In this document: positions 50,612-63,697 of the stretch, piece by piece
Position numbering within the stretch: position 1 is the first letter of the stretch
How the letters are laid out: the number at the start of each line of letters is the position of its first letter
Origin: Octopus sinensis
Taxonomy: Eukaryota
DNA length: 64,000 bases
Direction: 5' to 3'
Assembly: GCF_006345805.1 (NCBI RefSeq)
Contig: NC_043015.1
Span: 18,476,001-18,540,000, forward strand
Made by a program: the position numbers and the translations under genes
The notes under the pieces: model-generated
Seen by the model: only the letters and a program-made list of their open reading frames with translations
What the model was told of the DNA's origin: nothing
The model's database searches: none

Positions 50612-51690
50612 ATTAAATAATGAGGGTAGAAATTGATATCAACCAATTAACATCAATTTCAAACCAGTGGCCTAGCATATTTAAATGCAGATATTTGCAT
50701 TTTGCATTTTGCATTATGCAAGTGTTAACAATGAAATCATGATACTTAAGTAATCGTTTTATTTTGTATATTTTCATTTGCTTTGCTCAGTTTTGCATTC
50801 TGGCGTTTTTACTGAGATTTTTCTTGAGAACACACTTTTCGTGGTAAGGCGACTTGACGTCTATCTTTTGCATATTAGGAATCCACTTTAGTGGTCATTC
50901 CTCTAATTAATTGTATATATATAATGAGGGTAGAAATTGATATTAATCAATTAACATCAATTTAAACTAGTGGCTTAGCATATTTAAATTTTTTTATTAC
51001 ATACAAACTATAAGAGGAACGACCACCAAAGTGGATTCCTAATATGCTAAAAACAGACGTCAAATCGCCTTACCACGAACAATGTGTTCTCAAGAAAAAT
51101 GTCAGCAAACGCCGGAATGTACAAATGAGCAAGAAAATGAAAATATACAAAATAAAACGATTACCTACATACTATGATTTCGTTTGTTGATATTTACGAA
51201 TGTAAATATCTGCAAACTCATCAGCGTAGTCCGTCGCTTACAAAACACAATTTACAGAACTAGACACAGAACGTTCTCTCGAAAGAGAACATGTATAAAC
51301 TTCTGCAAATTATATTTGGGGTATCCTTCAAATGTCTTCATTTTGGCGCGCTGAGGCCAGAAATAACTCTGCTGTTAATAAATTTCCGCAGCTAATTTAC
51401 CGGTTAGAGAACATTGTTATTTAGACATTAAATAATGAGGGTAGAAATTGATATTAATCAATTAACATCAATTTAAACCAATGGCTTAGCATATTTAAAA
51501 AATCCGAAGATTAAAAATGTTATTACATACAAAAGGGGATTCCTAATATGTTAAAAAGAGAAGTCAAATCATCTTACCACGAAGAGTGTGTTCTCAAAAA
51601 AAATTTCAACAGACGCCAGAATGTAAAAATGAGCCAGACAAATAAAAATATACAAAATAAAACGATTACCTACGTGCCATGGTTTCATTT
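50612..51690. mobile_element. Cluster of three PLE-pLTR-like repeats in direct and inverted orientation
   Basis: The unit head taatgagggtagaaattgatattaatcaatt occurs at ~50618, ~50922 and ~51434. ~50700-50910 is the inverse of ~51010-51210. Confidence 0.8.
51165..51229 (-). ncRNA. Type-I hammerhead ribozyme motif with extended stem II, core intact
   Basis: Reverse complement reads CTACG-CTGATGA-GTTTG ca GATATTTA cattcg TAAATATC aa CAAAC-GAAA-T CATA G-TA-TGTAG. The sister copy at 51666-51686 gives GAAACCATGGCA-CGTAG, supporting a palindromic helix III and a perfect stem I. Confidence 0.8.
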
Positions 51691-51752
51691 GTCTGCTATA
51701 TATACGTTTATATACTGCGTGTATGTATGAAAGTATATACATACATACACAC

Positions 51753-51789
<37 letters not shown>

Positions 51790-51800
<11 letters not shown>

Positions 51801-52200
51801 AATCCCGTTCTGTCTGTCTGTTTGTGCGCTTATAACTCGAGTATTGTTCATCCGATCGCGCTGAAATTTTAAACATGGATACATGAGAGCACGGCGCGTC
51901 CTGTAATTTGAAAAGATTTTCAAAATTGTCAGTTTCAAAGTGAGAATCGTTATTTTTGTAATAGTTTTGTCCTGTTTCATCTGCCTTTGTTTATCCGATC
52001 GCGCTGAAATTTTAAACATAAATACATAGGAGAGCGAGGCGTTCCTAATCTAGAAAGATTTTCAAAATTGTCAGTTTCAAAGTGAGAATTGCTATTTTTC
52101 TAACGTTTTCCTGTCCATCGGATGATTAAAACTTCCATTTTTATTTTTATTCGAAACTGCTGTTACGAATCCTGTTGTTCCTACCACTATGTCAGTAAAA
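51790..52200 (+). mobile_element. Non-autonomous Helitron-like element with internal duplication
   Basis: atataaatcccgttctgtctgtctgtttgt start. The segment atccgatcgcgctgaaattttaaaca...tttcaaagtgagaat occurs twice. Confidence 0.55.
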
Positions 52201-52399
52201 ATCGAAATTAAATACTTAAAGCAACAGTCGTCAGATACAAAACCCAAGGTCCATGGGCCTCAAAAGTTACCTAATGTGAGCTCAGAGCAATCTCTTATCT
52301 CTTACACTATTTCAGTATTACGTCTCTATTGTAATATGAGACAATACTTTCAGTTTGAAAGAAGTCTGTCCTATATATATATATATATTTCTTTTTTTT

Positions 52400-52620
52400 T
52401 TTTTTCTCGTCTTTTACTTATTTCAGTCATTTGACTGCGGCCATGCAGAAGCACCGCCTTTAGTCGAGCAAATCGACCCCGGGACGTATTCTTTGTAAGC
52501 CCAGTACTTATTCTATCGGTCTCTTTTGCCGAACCACTAAGTGACGGGGACGTAAACACACCAGCATCGGTTGTCAAGCAATGCTAGGGGGACAAACACA
52601 GACACACAAACACACACACT
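52400..52620 (-). mobile_element. SINE family B, 3' part (same subfamily as 18333-18720)
   Basis: Shares diagnostic sequence with the 18.5 kb copy (near-identical spurious MTTDAGVFTSPSLSG... translation). Confidence 0.85.
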
Positions 52621-54227
52621 CATACATATATATATATAATATATATATATATATATAACTAGATAGATAGATAGATATAACTTGATTTTTACTAGTATAG
52701 CACTGCTTTAAGTAGATAACTAAGAGTTCTCACACTACAGTTATCTTTTTCCTTATATCTGCATCAGTTTTTTGAGAACAGGGAAATGAATAGTACTTAT
52801 ACGCTGCTTAATTGAGGCTTTATTTAATTTCAAACTCATAATTTTAAATCTTAATTGTAATTTTTAATTTTAATTCTTAACTTAATCTAATTTAAGTAGC
52901 ATAACTTTAATAAAATAAAATGAGTTACTAAAGCCCCATAATTCTATTTTAAAATTAAATAAATAAGGCTACTCCCTCGGTGATAATATGATTATCTTCA
53001 TTATGATAGACAATTCCCTAACACCTTGTAAATGATCTTCTAAGATTTGACCTGTAGTCCGTCAATGTATGAATAATAACGGCAACTCCTTAAGACAATA
53101 AAATGAATAAATTAAATAAATAAAATTTTAATGACTTTTTGATAAGATTATACTTAGATTTTCCTAATGTATTTTCTTTTGATTTTAGCCTCTGACCCCT
53201 AAACCCCTGACCGTGTTATCTCTTTAGATTCTCTTTAAATTCATAGCTGATTTCAACAGCAATAAATTAGCTGTTTTACTGGTCAAAGAATAATATTCTC
53301 CTCTAGTTCCTAGATGCCTGTAAATTAAAACCAGACTTGCCGTCTACTAATTCTTCTGTATAACTAGAACCCTCTTTTTTTCTTTTTCTTTTTTTCCCTT
53401 CTTTCCCTATTTCTTTCTCTTTTCTCTTTTTTCTTTTTCTTCTTCTTATTCTCTTTTTCCTTTTCTCTTCTCTTTTAGTCCCCCCCCTTTTTGCTCCCTC
53501 CTCCTTTATTTTCTCTCTTTTCTTCTCCTCCCTTCCCTTTTCTGTTCTTTGCATCTCTAGAAAGCCTTCAGCCTTTAAAAGTTAAATAGCTACAGCCTCT
53601 TGTAAATAGCAGTAATGTGATTAATGTGGCAAATACCTAATCATATAACAAGAATTGATACCTACCTCATTGTGTTCAACCATTGATAAATTTATCGCCT
53701 GTGAATATGAAATTCCTCTTCATTTCTCTGGAAATTTACATCTACACCATTGGAAATTGTGCATCTATACAAAGGATTAATTCACCCTCTCTGTAATGCT
53801 AATAAGCAGGAATTGAGACCCACCTCGTTGTGATTAACAATGGATAAATTTATCGTCTGTGAGTATGTAATCCCTCCTCATATCTCTGGAAATTCATATG
53901 TGCACTATGGATTAGGTCACCTTCTCTGTGATGCTATTAAAACTTTTTTAAAATTCTGTGATAAGACTGTACATCATCTTTAAAGAACTTTAATGAACTT
54001 TGGAAATCTGTTTATGTTACTTAATTATCTACATTACTTCATGAGTATAGCCTCAACCACTAGGATGTCTAGAGAACTCACATGTATTTTAGCTGATGAG
54101 TACGGGACACGTTTATATGCTGTAATTTTTGCAACTTTTAATAAAGCCTGTCCTTGTATGAAACGATTGTACTAAAAACCTATCCATTCTTGTTGCTTCT
54201 TTCTCGCGTATATATATATACATATAT

Positions 54228-54535
54228 ACGACAGGCTTCTTTCAGTTTCCGTCTACCAAATCCACTCACAAGGCATTGGTCGGCCCGGGGCTATATCAGA
54301 AGACACTTGCCCAAGATGCCACGCAGTGGGACTGAACCCGGAAGCATGTGGTTGTTTAGCAAGCTACTTACCACACAGCCACTCTTGCTGTGTGGTCGAG
54401 GTCGACTTTGCCTTTCATCCTTTCGGGGTCGATAAATTAAGTACCAGTTACGCACTGGGGTCGATGTAATCGACTTAATCCCTTTGTCTGTCCTTGTTTG
54501 TCCCCTCTATGTTTAGCCCCTTGTGGGCAGTAAAG

Positions 54536-54538
<3 letters not shown>
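54228..54538. mobile_element. Two abutting SINE pieces (family B 5' part on minus; family A-like 3' part on plus)
   Basis: acgacaggcttctttcagtttccgtc...accacacagccact, then gtcgactttgcctttcatcc...gccccttgtgggcagtaaagaaat. Confidence 0.75.
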
Positions 54539-54569
<31 letters not shown>

Positions 54570-54571
<2 letters not shown>

Positions 54572-55090
54572 TAGCAGAGATACACGGCATTGCACGTGTT
54601 ACATGCAATTGAAGAATTAGACTTTTCTGTTATATTTTCTGTAATGAACTGGAATATCTATGTTTCGAATTTCATCAAAATTGCAGATGAGGGTAATTTC
54701 TCTCTTTACACCCCCCCCCACCAAATTGTATTCGTGCCACATGTATCCCATACTACTGATTTTTATGTGTGTGTTAAGTCTTGTTAACTTGTGGGTGTTA
54801 AGTCCCCAATGGGGGGGGGTCTGTCTAACTCGTAAGAAGATGAAATTTTATAAATATTACTTCATTTGTGTCTAATATCTATGGTTAAAATTTCATCAAC
54901 AGCAAAAATATATGAATTGTCATGGGGGTTATGGCCCTTATGCATAGAATATAATTTCCAAATTTCCTAAAGATCCATTCAGTACTTTTGACCTAGTTTT
55001 GGATCATAAAAGAAATGACTAAAATTTGGGAGTTAATGCCCTCATTAGGGTGTTATGAGAAATACAAAGATACACACATAGACTTACATA
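54570..55090 (+). mobile_element. Non-autonomous Helitron/HINE-like element
   Basis: actagcagagatacacggcattgcacgtg start and a (CA/GAC)-rich end near 55080. Confidence 0.45.
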
Positions 55091-55109
55091 TATACATATA
55101 TATACAATT

Positions 55110-55260
55110 GATTTCTTTCAGTTTCTGTCTACAAAATCCACTGACAAGGCTTTGGTTGGTCTGAGGCTATAGCAAAGACACATGCGAAGTCACCACACAG
55201 TGGGACTGAACTGAGGACCATGTGTTTTAGAACCAAGTTTGTTACCACACAGCCACACCT
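55110..55260 (-). mobile_element. SINE family B, 5' part
   Basis: ttctttcagtttctgtctacaaaatcc...tgggactgaactgaggaccatgtg...accacacagccacacctgcacc. Confidence 0.75.
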
Positions 55261-55295
55261 GCACCTATGTATGTGTGTATGTGGAGGGTGTATGT

Positions 55296-55327
<32 letters not shown>

Positions 55328-55460
55328 ATGGGTGTATATATGTATGCATGTATATATGAGTATATATATATATGTACATATTACATGTACATCTATCTAT
55401 ATATATATACATCTACACATACATGTATACATATACATGTATACATATACGTCTATACAT

Positions 55461-55528
<68 letters not shown>

Positions 55529-55561
55529 ATATATATACATCTATATATATAAATGTATATG

Positions 55562-55608
<47 letters not shown>

Positions 55609-55839
55609 ATATATATATATATATATACATGTAAATTTAAATTGAAAATAATAAGGGTGAAAAGTTGAATATTAATTTGATTAATATGAATTGAAAACCA
55701 GTGGTGTAGCATATAAGACCATAGCGGATCTTCTAGCAAAATGGATGTCCAATGTTAATGGTTCATCCCTATTATATAATAGTTTCACTTTAATAGTTTC
55801 AGCATTAAACTGAAAGCATCTGACATTACAACAGAGAGA

Positions 55840-56075
55840 TGTTTTGTTTCACTTTTAACACGTAATACTGAAATATGGAGAAGATTGTTGCGGGCTCGCC
55901 CTAGGCAAGAAGTTAAACATTTTTTTGCCCATGACACTACATGGCCCCTAAGTAAGGCGTGTGTAAAATTTGAATGAAATTGGTTGTGTAGTTCTCAAGT
56001 TTTAGGGATTCACACAGGCAGACAGACATACAGAGAGACAGACAGACACACACATTCTCAGTTATATATATTTAT
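55840..56075 (+). mobile_element. HINE-like 3' fragment (second copy at 59650-60030, with an internal ~140-bp duplication)
   Basis: gttttgtttcacttttaacacgtaatactgaaat...ccctaggcaagaagtt...aaaatttgaatgaaattggttg...cacattctcagttatatata is shared between both sites. Confidence 0.6.
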
Positions 56076-56373
56076 ATACCGTAGGCATTCCAAAACCGAG
56101 TTACCGATTTTGACATATGGGGTGTCAAAAGATTCGGTACTATTTCGGCTACAAATTAAACTTAATTTCTATTCACATATTTGCATTACAAAAATTTAGC
56201 GTTACAATTTTTTCCATAAATCAACTATCGCAAACATTTTATACGATGACGATGATGACGTCACATTTTCTATATGTGTGTCTACTTTAAAAGACATCAA
56301 TCATCACGATACACACCTTCACTCACTCACTTTATCTCGCTTTCTCTCTCACACATACGCACCCGCACGGAAG

Positions 56374-56405
<32 letters not shown>

Positions 56406-56684
56406 TCCATTTTATATACCCGTACATACATCTTTCACTTTCTAATCTCCTTCACTTTCTTTCTCTATGACCGTTTCGTTTTCCCTTCTTTCAATTTCTG
56501 CTCGCTTCGAATAAATTTTTGCGGAATGAGCGGGAGAAACACAAAATGAGCCACCACAGCAGAATGGTGTGTCAGTGTGTGTTGACTGACATAACGAACG
56601 GCTGGAGGTAGAACTCTTAACAAAAAACAATGAGGTGGCAGGTCCAAGGTATATAAAAATACACATTTACCGTTCAATTCCCAG

Positions 56685-56735
<51 letters not shown>

Positions 56736-56899
56736 ATATATATAAATTTCTCTAAAATAATTATTGCGGCATTTACCTTTAAATTAGCAGTTCATACAGG
56801 TGATTCTAATTGGTTAATTTGTACTGCATACAAAAAGAAAAAATGCTACATACATACAACTGCTTACAAAAATAGGAATTAATGTATAATTTCTTTCTA

Positions 56900-57850
56900 T
56901 GTTCGTAAAATATGCTACCAAAGAAAAGACGTAATCTCTCCAGAAACAAGTATAAAGTAAGAAGGACAGCAGAAAACTGAATGCGAGAGTCTGAAGAGAG
57001 AAGCGAGATGAGATTTTCTCAAGATCAGCAAATGCATGTTGCAGCACTTAATGCTGGATCATTAAATCAATGTTTTAATGATTAGACAGAGATTCAATAG
57101 AATAGCTCTTAGAAACAGACTACGTACAAATTCGTTCTTCACAACTCCTGAAGCTGTTTTCAGATATGATACATTCCATTCTTATAAGAATGATAACTCT
57201 GCCCAGATTGGTGTGCTAAGCATACCATGTTTTAAATGAAACATGATATGTGCTGCTCGGGCGGTCAGGTAACATTGCCAGCACTACCATCTCCTTCTCA
57301 ACCTCTGATGGATCTTCTAGAAGGCAGTTCCATCCAGTCAAAGGATTTTCTGAACAATATTAGACAATACAACTCTGCATTTCAAATGACATTGTTTACT
57401 GCATCGAAGAAGATAGTTAAACATGATTTTACGCCGACGTCAAAGTTTAAGGGCAAATCTATCACCTCATTGGTTCCCTGTTACCCACAAATGAACAACC
57501 ACCGTTCCTCCAAATCTACTTTATGAGTGATGTAGGACAACAACCTCGATGGATCGTTTTAGACACAGCGCCGACTGCTGCAAAAGAGAGTATATACACT
57601 GACAGCTTTTCGGTGCGTTCAAAAATCACATAACTCCCCACCCCCAATTTTGCATGACAGGTTATGGCCTGAAATACTCCAAACGGACGCATAGCATGTT
57701 GCTTAGTCGAATTAGGCCATCATTTACACCACAAAGGTTTTGTTGCCAATGCTGCACTTTCCCATATCACCTATTTCAACATGACTGTAATATATTACAT
57801 ACAAACTATGCCGCTTTTAATCCCGAGCAACGCCAGGTATCTCTGCTAGT
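56900..57850 (+). mobile_element. Helitron Rep/helicase gene relic (N-terminal region)
   Basis: MCCSGGQVTLPALP...SKDFLNNIRQYNSAFQMT and the frameshifted FKVQGQIYHLIGSLLP are conserved Helitron N-terminal motifs. The region is heavily deleted. Confidence 0.8.
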
Positions 57851-58159
57851 ATGTTCATAATCACCCCCCACACACACAGAGAGTGCTGTATACGTAGTGT
57901 AGAAGTATACTCAAGTAGACACGTATACACTTGTTCGCAGAGAATATACTTCATCTGAAAATAAATTTATTTCTTTTGTTGTCGTCAACGAATGTCTCAT
58001 AGGCTTGTACCAGCTGTTTAGTCCAAATCTCCACTCCAATATAATACATTTATATTTGTATGTATATGTCTATTTGTAATTTGAAATTTTTTATATATAT
58101 GATATCTATTTGTATTTGCTTCTGTAGGTGCAAATGTTTGTGCATAGTCGTTTCTCTTC

Positions 58160-58190
<31 letters not shown>

Positions 58191-58242
58191 TGTATGTATG
58201 TATGTATGTATGTATGTATGTATGTATCTATCTATCTATCTA

Positions 58243-58294
<52 letters not shown>

Positions 58295-58563
58295 GGAGAG
58301 TTTACGAAAAAAACAACAAAAGACGAAGACAGGTGGTGTACAAAACAAACAGATGTATTAGTATAACGCTCAGGAATAGAAAAAGTCTTTATATATATAT
58401 ATATACATAAACAAAGTCAAATGCGATACAATAAAATTAATTATTATCGCTGGTGTTCTAGGACACGCCATATATTATTCATATATAAGTACATTAAAAG
58501 GCGAAGTGTGTACTAGATACACAAACGCTGGATAAATTTAATATATATATATATATATATTGT

Positions 58564-58635
<72 letters not shown>

Positions 58636-58759
58636 ATATTGTTATATTTCGGAATGGTCATTTTGCCAGTTTAGCCAATAAAAACACACGCACTATATAT
58701 TTGGTGTTACTTTGCTTCAGTGTTATTTATTTTTTACATTAATCTTAATCTTATTTCGG

Positions 58760-58799
58760 CCAGAGTTCTTTCGTCACACTCCTGTGACCGCATCAGTGG
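58760..58799 (-). ncRNA. Minimal hammerhead motif (A9 mutated), same family as 22386-22425
   Basis: Reverse complement reads CCA-CTGATGC-G-GTCAC aggagt GTGAC-GAAA-GAAC-TC-TGG. Confidence 0.6.
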
Positions 58800-59151
58800 T
58801 CCTTTGTTTTCTTCTCTTCTCACTCATTTGTGTCTCTCCTTACTAACCATCAGCCATTTTGTATTTCTATTGTATGTCTTCATTTGCGCATGCTTATATC
58901 TCTATGTGCGTTTATGTTTATTTAGTGTGTGTATGTGGGGGATGCATGTAATATTTGTATCTTCTGTTTATATATGTTCATGTAATTTGTAATTTTATGT
59001 TCATGTAATTTGTATTTTTTTTGTTTTTGTTTATTCTTATTTTGTTCATGTGTTTACATCCACCCATTATCATTACATATGCTTGTATGTATGTATGTAT
59101 GTATGTATGTATATGTATAACAACAATACTAGTAATAATAATAATAAATTG

Positions 59152-59206
<55 letters not shown>

Positions 59207-60022
59207 TATTATATATATATATATATAATATATATATATATATAAATAACGCTCCGTTGACTCGAACCTTGCTTCTATTGTGGCGTATTTACTGCCTCTG
59301 ATTAAATATCTTTCATAGTCCCACCAAGACACTTTTCGAAGGAGCTTTCCTCCATGTGTTCAAATCTTCTTTTTTCTTTACATTGTATACTTTATAGACA
59401 ATAGTCTTTTCTTTAATTTAATTTTTTATTATCCATCTGGACTATTCCATTTCTGCACGCTAATTTTATTTTTAATTTATTCCCATTCATGTGAAACCAC
59501 TTATTCAAGTTCAAGTCATTGATGCAATTTTATACCAATTGCTATTTTTACTTTTGTCATGTTACGATTATATTATACTTTAGTTTGATTTTAATTATTA
59601 CTTACTACACATAATTCAATTATTATTATTTTTATTGTTAAAGTGAAAGTATCTGATATAAAATAGATAAATGTTTTTGTTTCACTTTTAACACGTAATA
59701 CTGAAATAGTGGAGAAAATATGATATTGCTATGGGCTCGCTCTAGGCAAGAAGTTGAACATTCTTTTTTGCCCATGAAACTACATGGACCCTAAATTAGG
59801 CATGTGTAAAATTTGAATGAAATTGGTTGTTTAGATTTAGGGAATCGTAGTGGAGAAGACATGATATTGCTGTGGGCTCGCCCTAGGCAAAAAGTTCAAA
59901 ATTGTTTTTGCCGATGACACTCCCCGGACCCTAAGTAAGGCATGTGTAAAATTTGAATGAAATTGGTTGTGTAGTTCTCAAGTTTTAGGGAAACACACAG
60001 ACAGACAGACACACATTCTCAG

Positions 60023-60056
<34 letters not shown>

Positions 60057-60105
60057 AAACAAGTCAAAAATAGAAAATGCTAAAATAATTTTATAGTGAA
60101 CATTT

Positions 60106-60143
60106 CAGTACCGGTTTCGGTCATTTTGAGACCTTTTCAACTG
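60106..60143 (-). ncRNA. Inverted copy of the U3:A8 hammerhead motif
   Basis: Plus strand cagtaccggtttcggtcattttgagaccttttcaactg is the exact reverse complement of 63660-63697. Confidence 0.75.
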
Positions 60144-61087
60144 TAACGATTAAATAATTAAATTTAGAAAAATTAGAAGAAAAGTTTTTTTAAGAGAATA
60201 TTTCTATAGTAGTGTTCAGATTTAAGTGGCATTCTGCCTTTCTCTGACTCCCTTGTTTGCACTTGTGTGTCGGAGGTCGTTGTGAGTTCTTGGAAGGGTA
60301 GTAGAGGAAGAAGGCTGGTGGGGAAAGGGGGATGGGAGATCTGGGAGTGCCCTGATGGTCGTATTTTGAATGGTCAGTGGCGGCTGGCAGTCTCAGTTCA
60401 ATTCAGGAGAATATTTATATTGACAGGCTTGTTTATAGAATTAGCGTAGTTTTATAGAATTAGCGTAGGTGTTATACTAAAAAACATTAGTGACAAAGTT
60501 AAGGGGTAGGGGGTGGAGAAGTAGAAGAAGAAGAAGGAGAAGGAGAAGGAGAAGGAGAAGGAAAGGAGAAGATGACGATGATGGTGGTGGTGGTGATGAT
60601 TATGACGACGATGATGATGATAATGATGATGATGAAGAAGAAGGAGGAGAAGGAGAAGATGGTGGTGATGATGGTGGTGATGATGATAACGACGATGATG
60701 ATGATAATGATGATGAAAAGAAGAAGAAGAAGAAGAAGAAGAAGAAAAAACAGAGAAGGGGGATATGAATGGGTGTAAGTATAGCTATGAAGGGCTGATT
60801 AGTAATGGATTCTATGGAGTGTAATATTTGTGTGTATATATTTTTTTCTTTTATTCTAAAGTTGAGGTATGTTAATTGTTTGTCGTAGACCCGTTTAGAA
60901 GTGGTTTGTATTTTGTAATAAAGAGATTTTCTTTACTTATTCGTTGTCTCGAGGTTGTATCGTCCCTAAATTGGTAGAGGGGGAAAATTCTGAAGTTTGG
61001 TGTTTTTTTGTTGGCGCAAGTATCTATGTGTTGGCTAAAAGCTATTTTTCTGTTTTGGGGAATTTTTATCTGGGATCTGTGCAGGGC

Positions 61088-62926
61088 ACGACATTTTACA
61101 TAACTTTGGTACTTTCTATGCTGGAAGACACAACATACTATGAAAAGGCACAAAACTACAGTCAACAAAAAATAATGAGGGAACTAAAATCTATATTAAA
61201 CCCATACAAAGCAGGGCTCACCGACAAAGAATATGATTATATGACCAATTTCACAAGTAAAACTAGCCAATTCTACGGTATACCTAAGATCCACAAAAGT
61301 GAAAAAATAAGCAACGCATGCAAGATAGCTACAGACAAAATATTAAAGTCCCTAATCCTAATGACCTCAAATTGAGACCCATAATAGCAGGTCCCGCATG
61401 CGAAACCCACCGCCTCAGTAACTTTTTAGACACCCTGTTAAAACCACTCCTCAAACATGTCAAAAGCTATATAAGGGACGACTTAGATATGCTCAATCAC
61501 CTACCGAATACGACTATATAAACAAAAACACCATACTGGTATCCTTCGATGTAGTCAACCTCTACTCCAATATCCCCCACAACCTAGGACTAGAGGCAAT
61601 CCAATTCTGGCTAGAGAATCACGCCAACGAACTACCACACCGCATCAAAAAAGAATTTGTGATAGAAGGGGTCAAATTCATCCTGGAAAATAACTTCTTC
61701 GCCTTCAATGACAACTTCTACCGACAAAAATCGGGGACTGCGATGGGTACACGAATGACCCCCTCCTTTGCCAACCTAGTCATAGGATACCTAGAGATCA
61801 GTCTGTATCGTAAGGTTCTAGAAAGATATGGCAGCCCTTTCTCCATCTACATAGAAAACAACTGGAAGAGATATCTAGATGACTGTTTCATCCTTTGGCA
61901 TAAAAATATAGAAAAACTCATAGAATTCCAGAAAATTTTAAACATCCAATTCACGATGGAATATAGCCAACAACAACTCCCCTTCCTCGATATCCTCATT
62001 AAGAAAGCTAATAATATAATAGAAACAGACATATACTATAAGCCTACAGACTCTAAGCAATATCTTCCATTCAATTCATGCCACCCCAGACACACCAGAT
62101 GAATATCCCCTTCAATCTAGCAAAAAGGATATGCACTATAGTCTCTAACGCAAACACCAGAGACACACGACTACAAGAACTAAAAGATACCCTAATCACC
62201 AGGAACTATCCACCTTCACTTATTGACAAGTGCATTCAACGTGCCCTTCAACTTAACATCAAGGAACTGAGACATCCCAAATCAAAGAAAAACTTACAAC
62301 CAAAAGCCTTACCATACATCTCCACACACACCCCTCTCAATAACGAAGCCTTCGACACCATCCTCCACAACATACCCCTCCTAAAAAAAGACCACAGAAT
62401 GAACACAATCCTCCAAACACACACGATCATAAAAAGCAAAAGACAGCCTAGATCCATGAAAAGTCTCCTTACACAAGCCCGAATTCACTCCTCAACACAG
62501 AAGCCGACAGTAAAAAAATGTGGAAGACCCAATTGCGGGATATGCGACTATCTAATTGAGGGATCAGAGTTCTCCTTCAAGCAGGGACAACGGTTTACAG
62601 TGAAAAGCAACTTCACATGTGCTTCGGAGAACCTAATATACTCACTAACCTGCTCCGGGTGTCAAGAGCAGTACATAGGCCAAACAAAAAATGGTTTGCG
62701 TAAACGAATGGCCCTGCACAGATCCCAGATAAAAATTCCCCAAAACAGAAAAATAGCTTTTAGCCAACACATAGATACTTGCGCCAACAAAAAAACACCA
62801 AACTTCAGAATTTTCCCCCTCTACCAATTTAGGGACGATACAACCTCGAGACAACGAATAAGTAAAGAAAATCTCTTTATTACAAAATACAAACCACTTC
62901 TAAACGGGTCTACGACAAACAATTAA
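61088..62926 (+). pseudogene. PLE reverse transcriptase + GIY-YIG endonuclease, frameshifted
   Basis: FYGIPKIHK, LRPIIAG, LVSFDVVNLYSNIP, YRQKSGTAMGTRMTPSFANL, WKRYLDDCF, LPFLDI, YYKPTDSKQYL, then NLIYSLTCSGCQEQYIGQT...RMALHRSQI. At least three frameshifts, which could be assembly indels. Confidence 0.9.
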
Positions 62927-63659
62927 CATACCTCAACTTTAGAATAAAAGAAAAAAATATATATACACACAAATATTACACTCCATAGAATCCATTACTA
63001 ATCAGCCCCTTCATAGCTATACTTACACCCATTCATATTCCCCCTTCTCTGTTTTTTTCTTCTTCTTCTTCTTCCTCTTCTTCTTCATCATCATCATTAT
63101 CATCATCATCGTCGTCATCATCATCACCACCATCATCACCACCATCTTCTCCTTCTCCTCCTTCTTCTTCATCATCATCATTATCATCATCATCGTCGTC
63201 ATAATCATCACCACCACCACCATCATCGTCATCTTCTCCTTCTCCTTCTCCTTCTCCTTCTCCTTTTCTTCTTCTTCTTCTACTTCTCCACCCCCTACCC
63301 CTTAACTTTGTCACTAATGTTTTTTAGTATAACACCTACGCTAATTCTATAAACCTACGCTAATTCTATAAACAAGCCTGTCAATATAATATTCTCCTGA
63401 ATTGAACTGAGACTGCCAGCCGCCACTGACCATTCAAAATACGACCATCAGGGCACTCCCAGATTCTCCCATCCCCCTTTCCCCACCAGCCTTCTTCCTC
63501 TACTACCCTTCCAAGAACTCACAACGACCTCCGACACACAGTGCAAACAAGGGAGTCAGAGAAAGGCAGAATGCCACTTAAATCTGAACACTACTATAGA
63601 AATATTCTCTTAAAAAAACTTTTCTTCTAATTTTTCTAAATTTAATTATTTAATCGTTA

Positions 63660-63697
63660 CAGTTGAAAAGGTCTCAAAATGACCGAAACCGGTACTG
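63660..63697 (+). ncRNA. Minimal hammerhead motif with a compensated U3:A8 core
   Basis: CAG-TTGAAAA-GGTC tcaaaat GACC-GAA-ACCGGT-A-CTG. An identical inverted copy lies at 60106-60143. Confidence 0.75.

Noticed and set aside
53650-53935. Decayed C2H2 zinc-finger pseudogene
   Set aside because: The unit length is not 84 bp and there is no CxxC or HTGEKP pattern in any frame.
54100-54130. ctgatgagtacgggacacgttt as a hammerhead
   Set aside because: GAAA is missing and stem I does not pair.
60490-60778. Acidic/basic low-complexity ORFs (also 63023-63314)
   Set aside because: These are trinucleotide repeats inside the PLE terminal arms.
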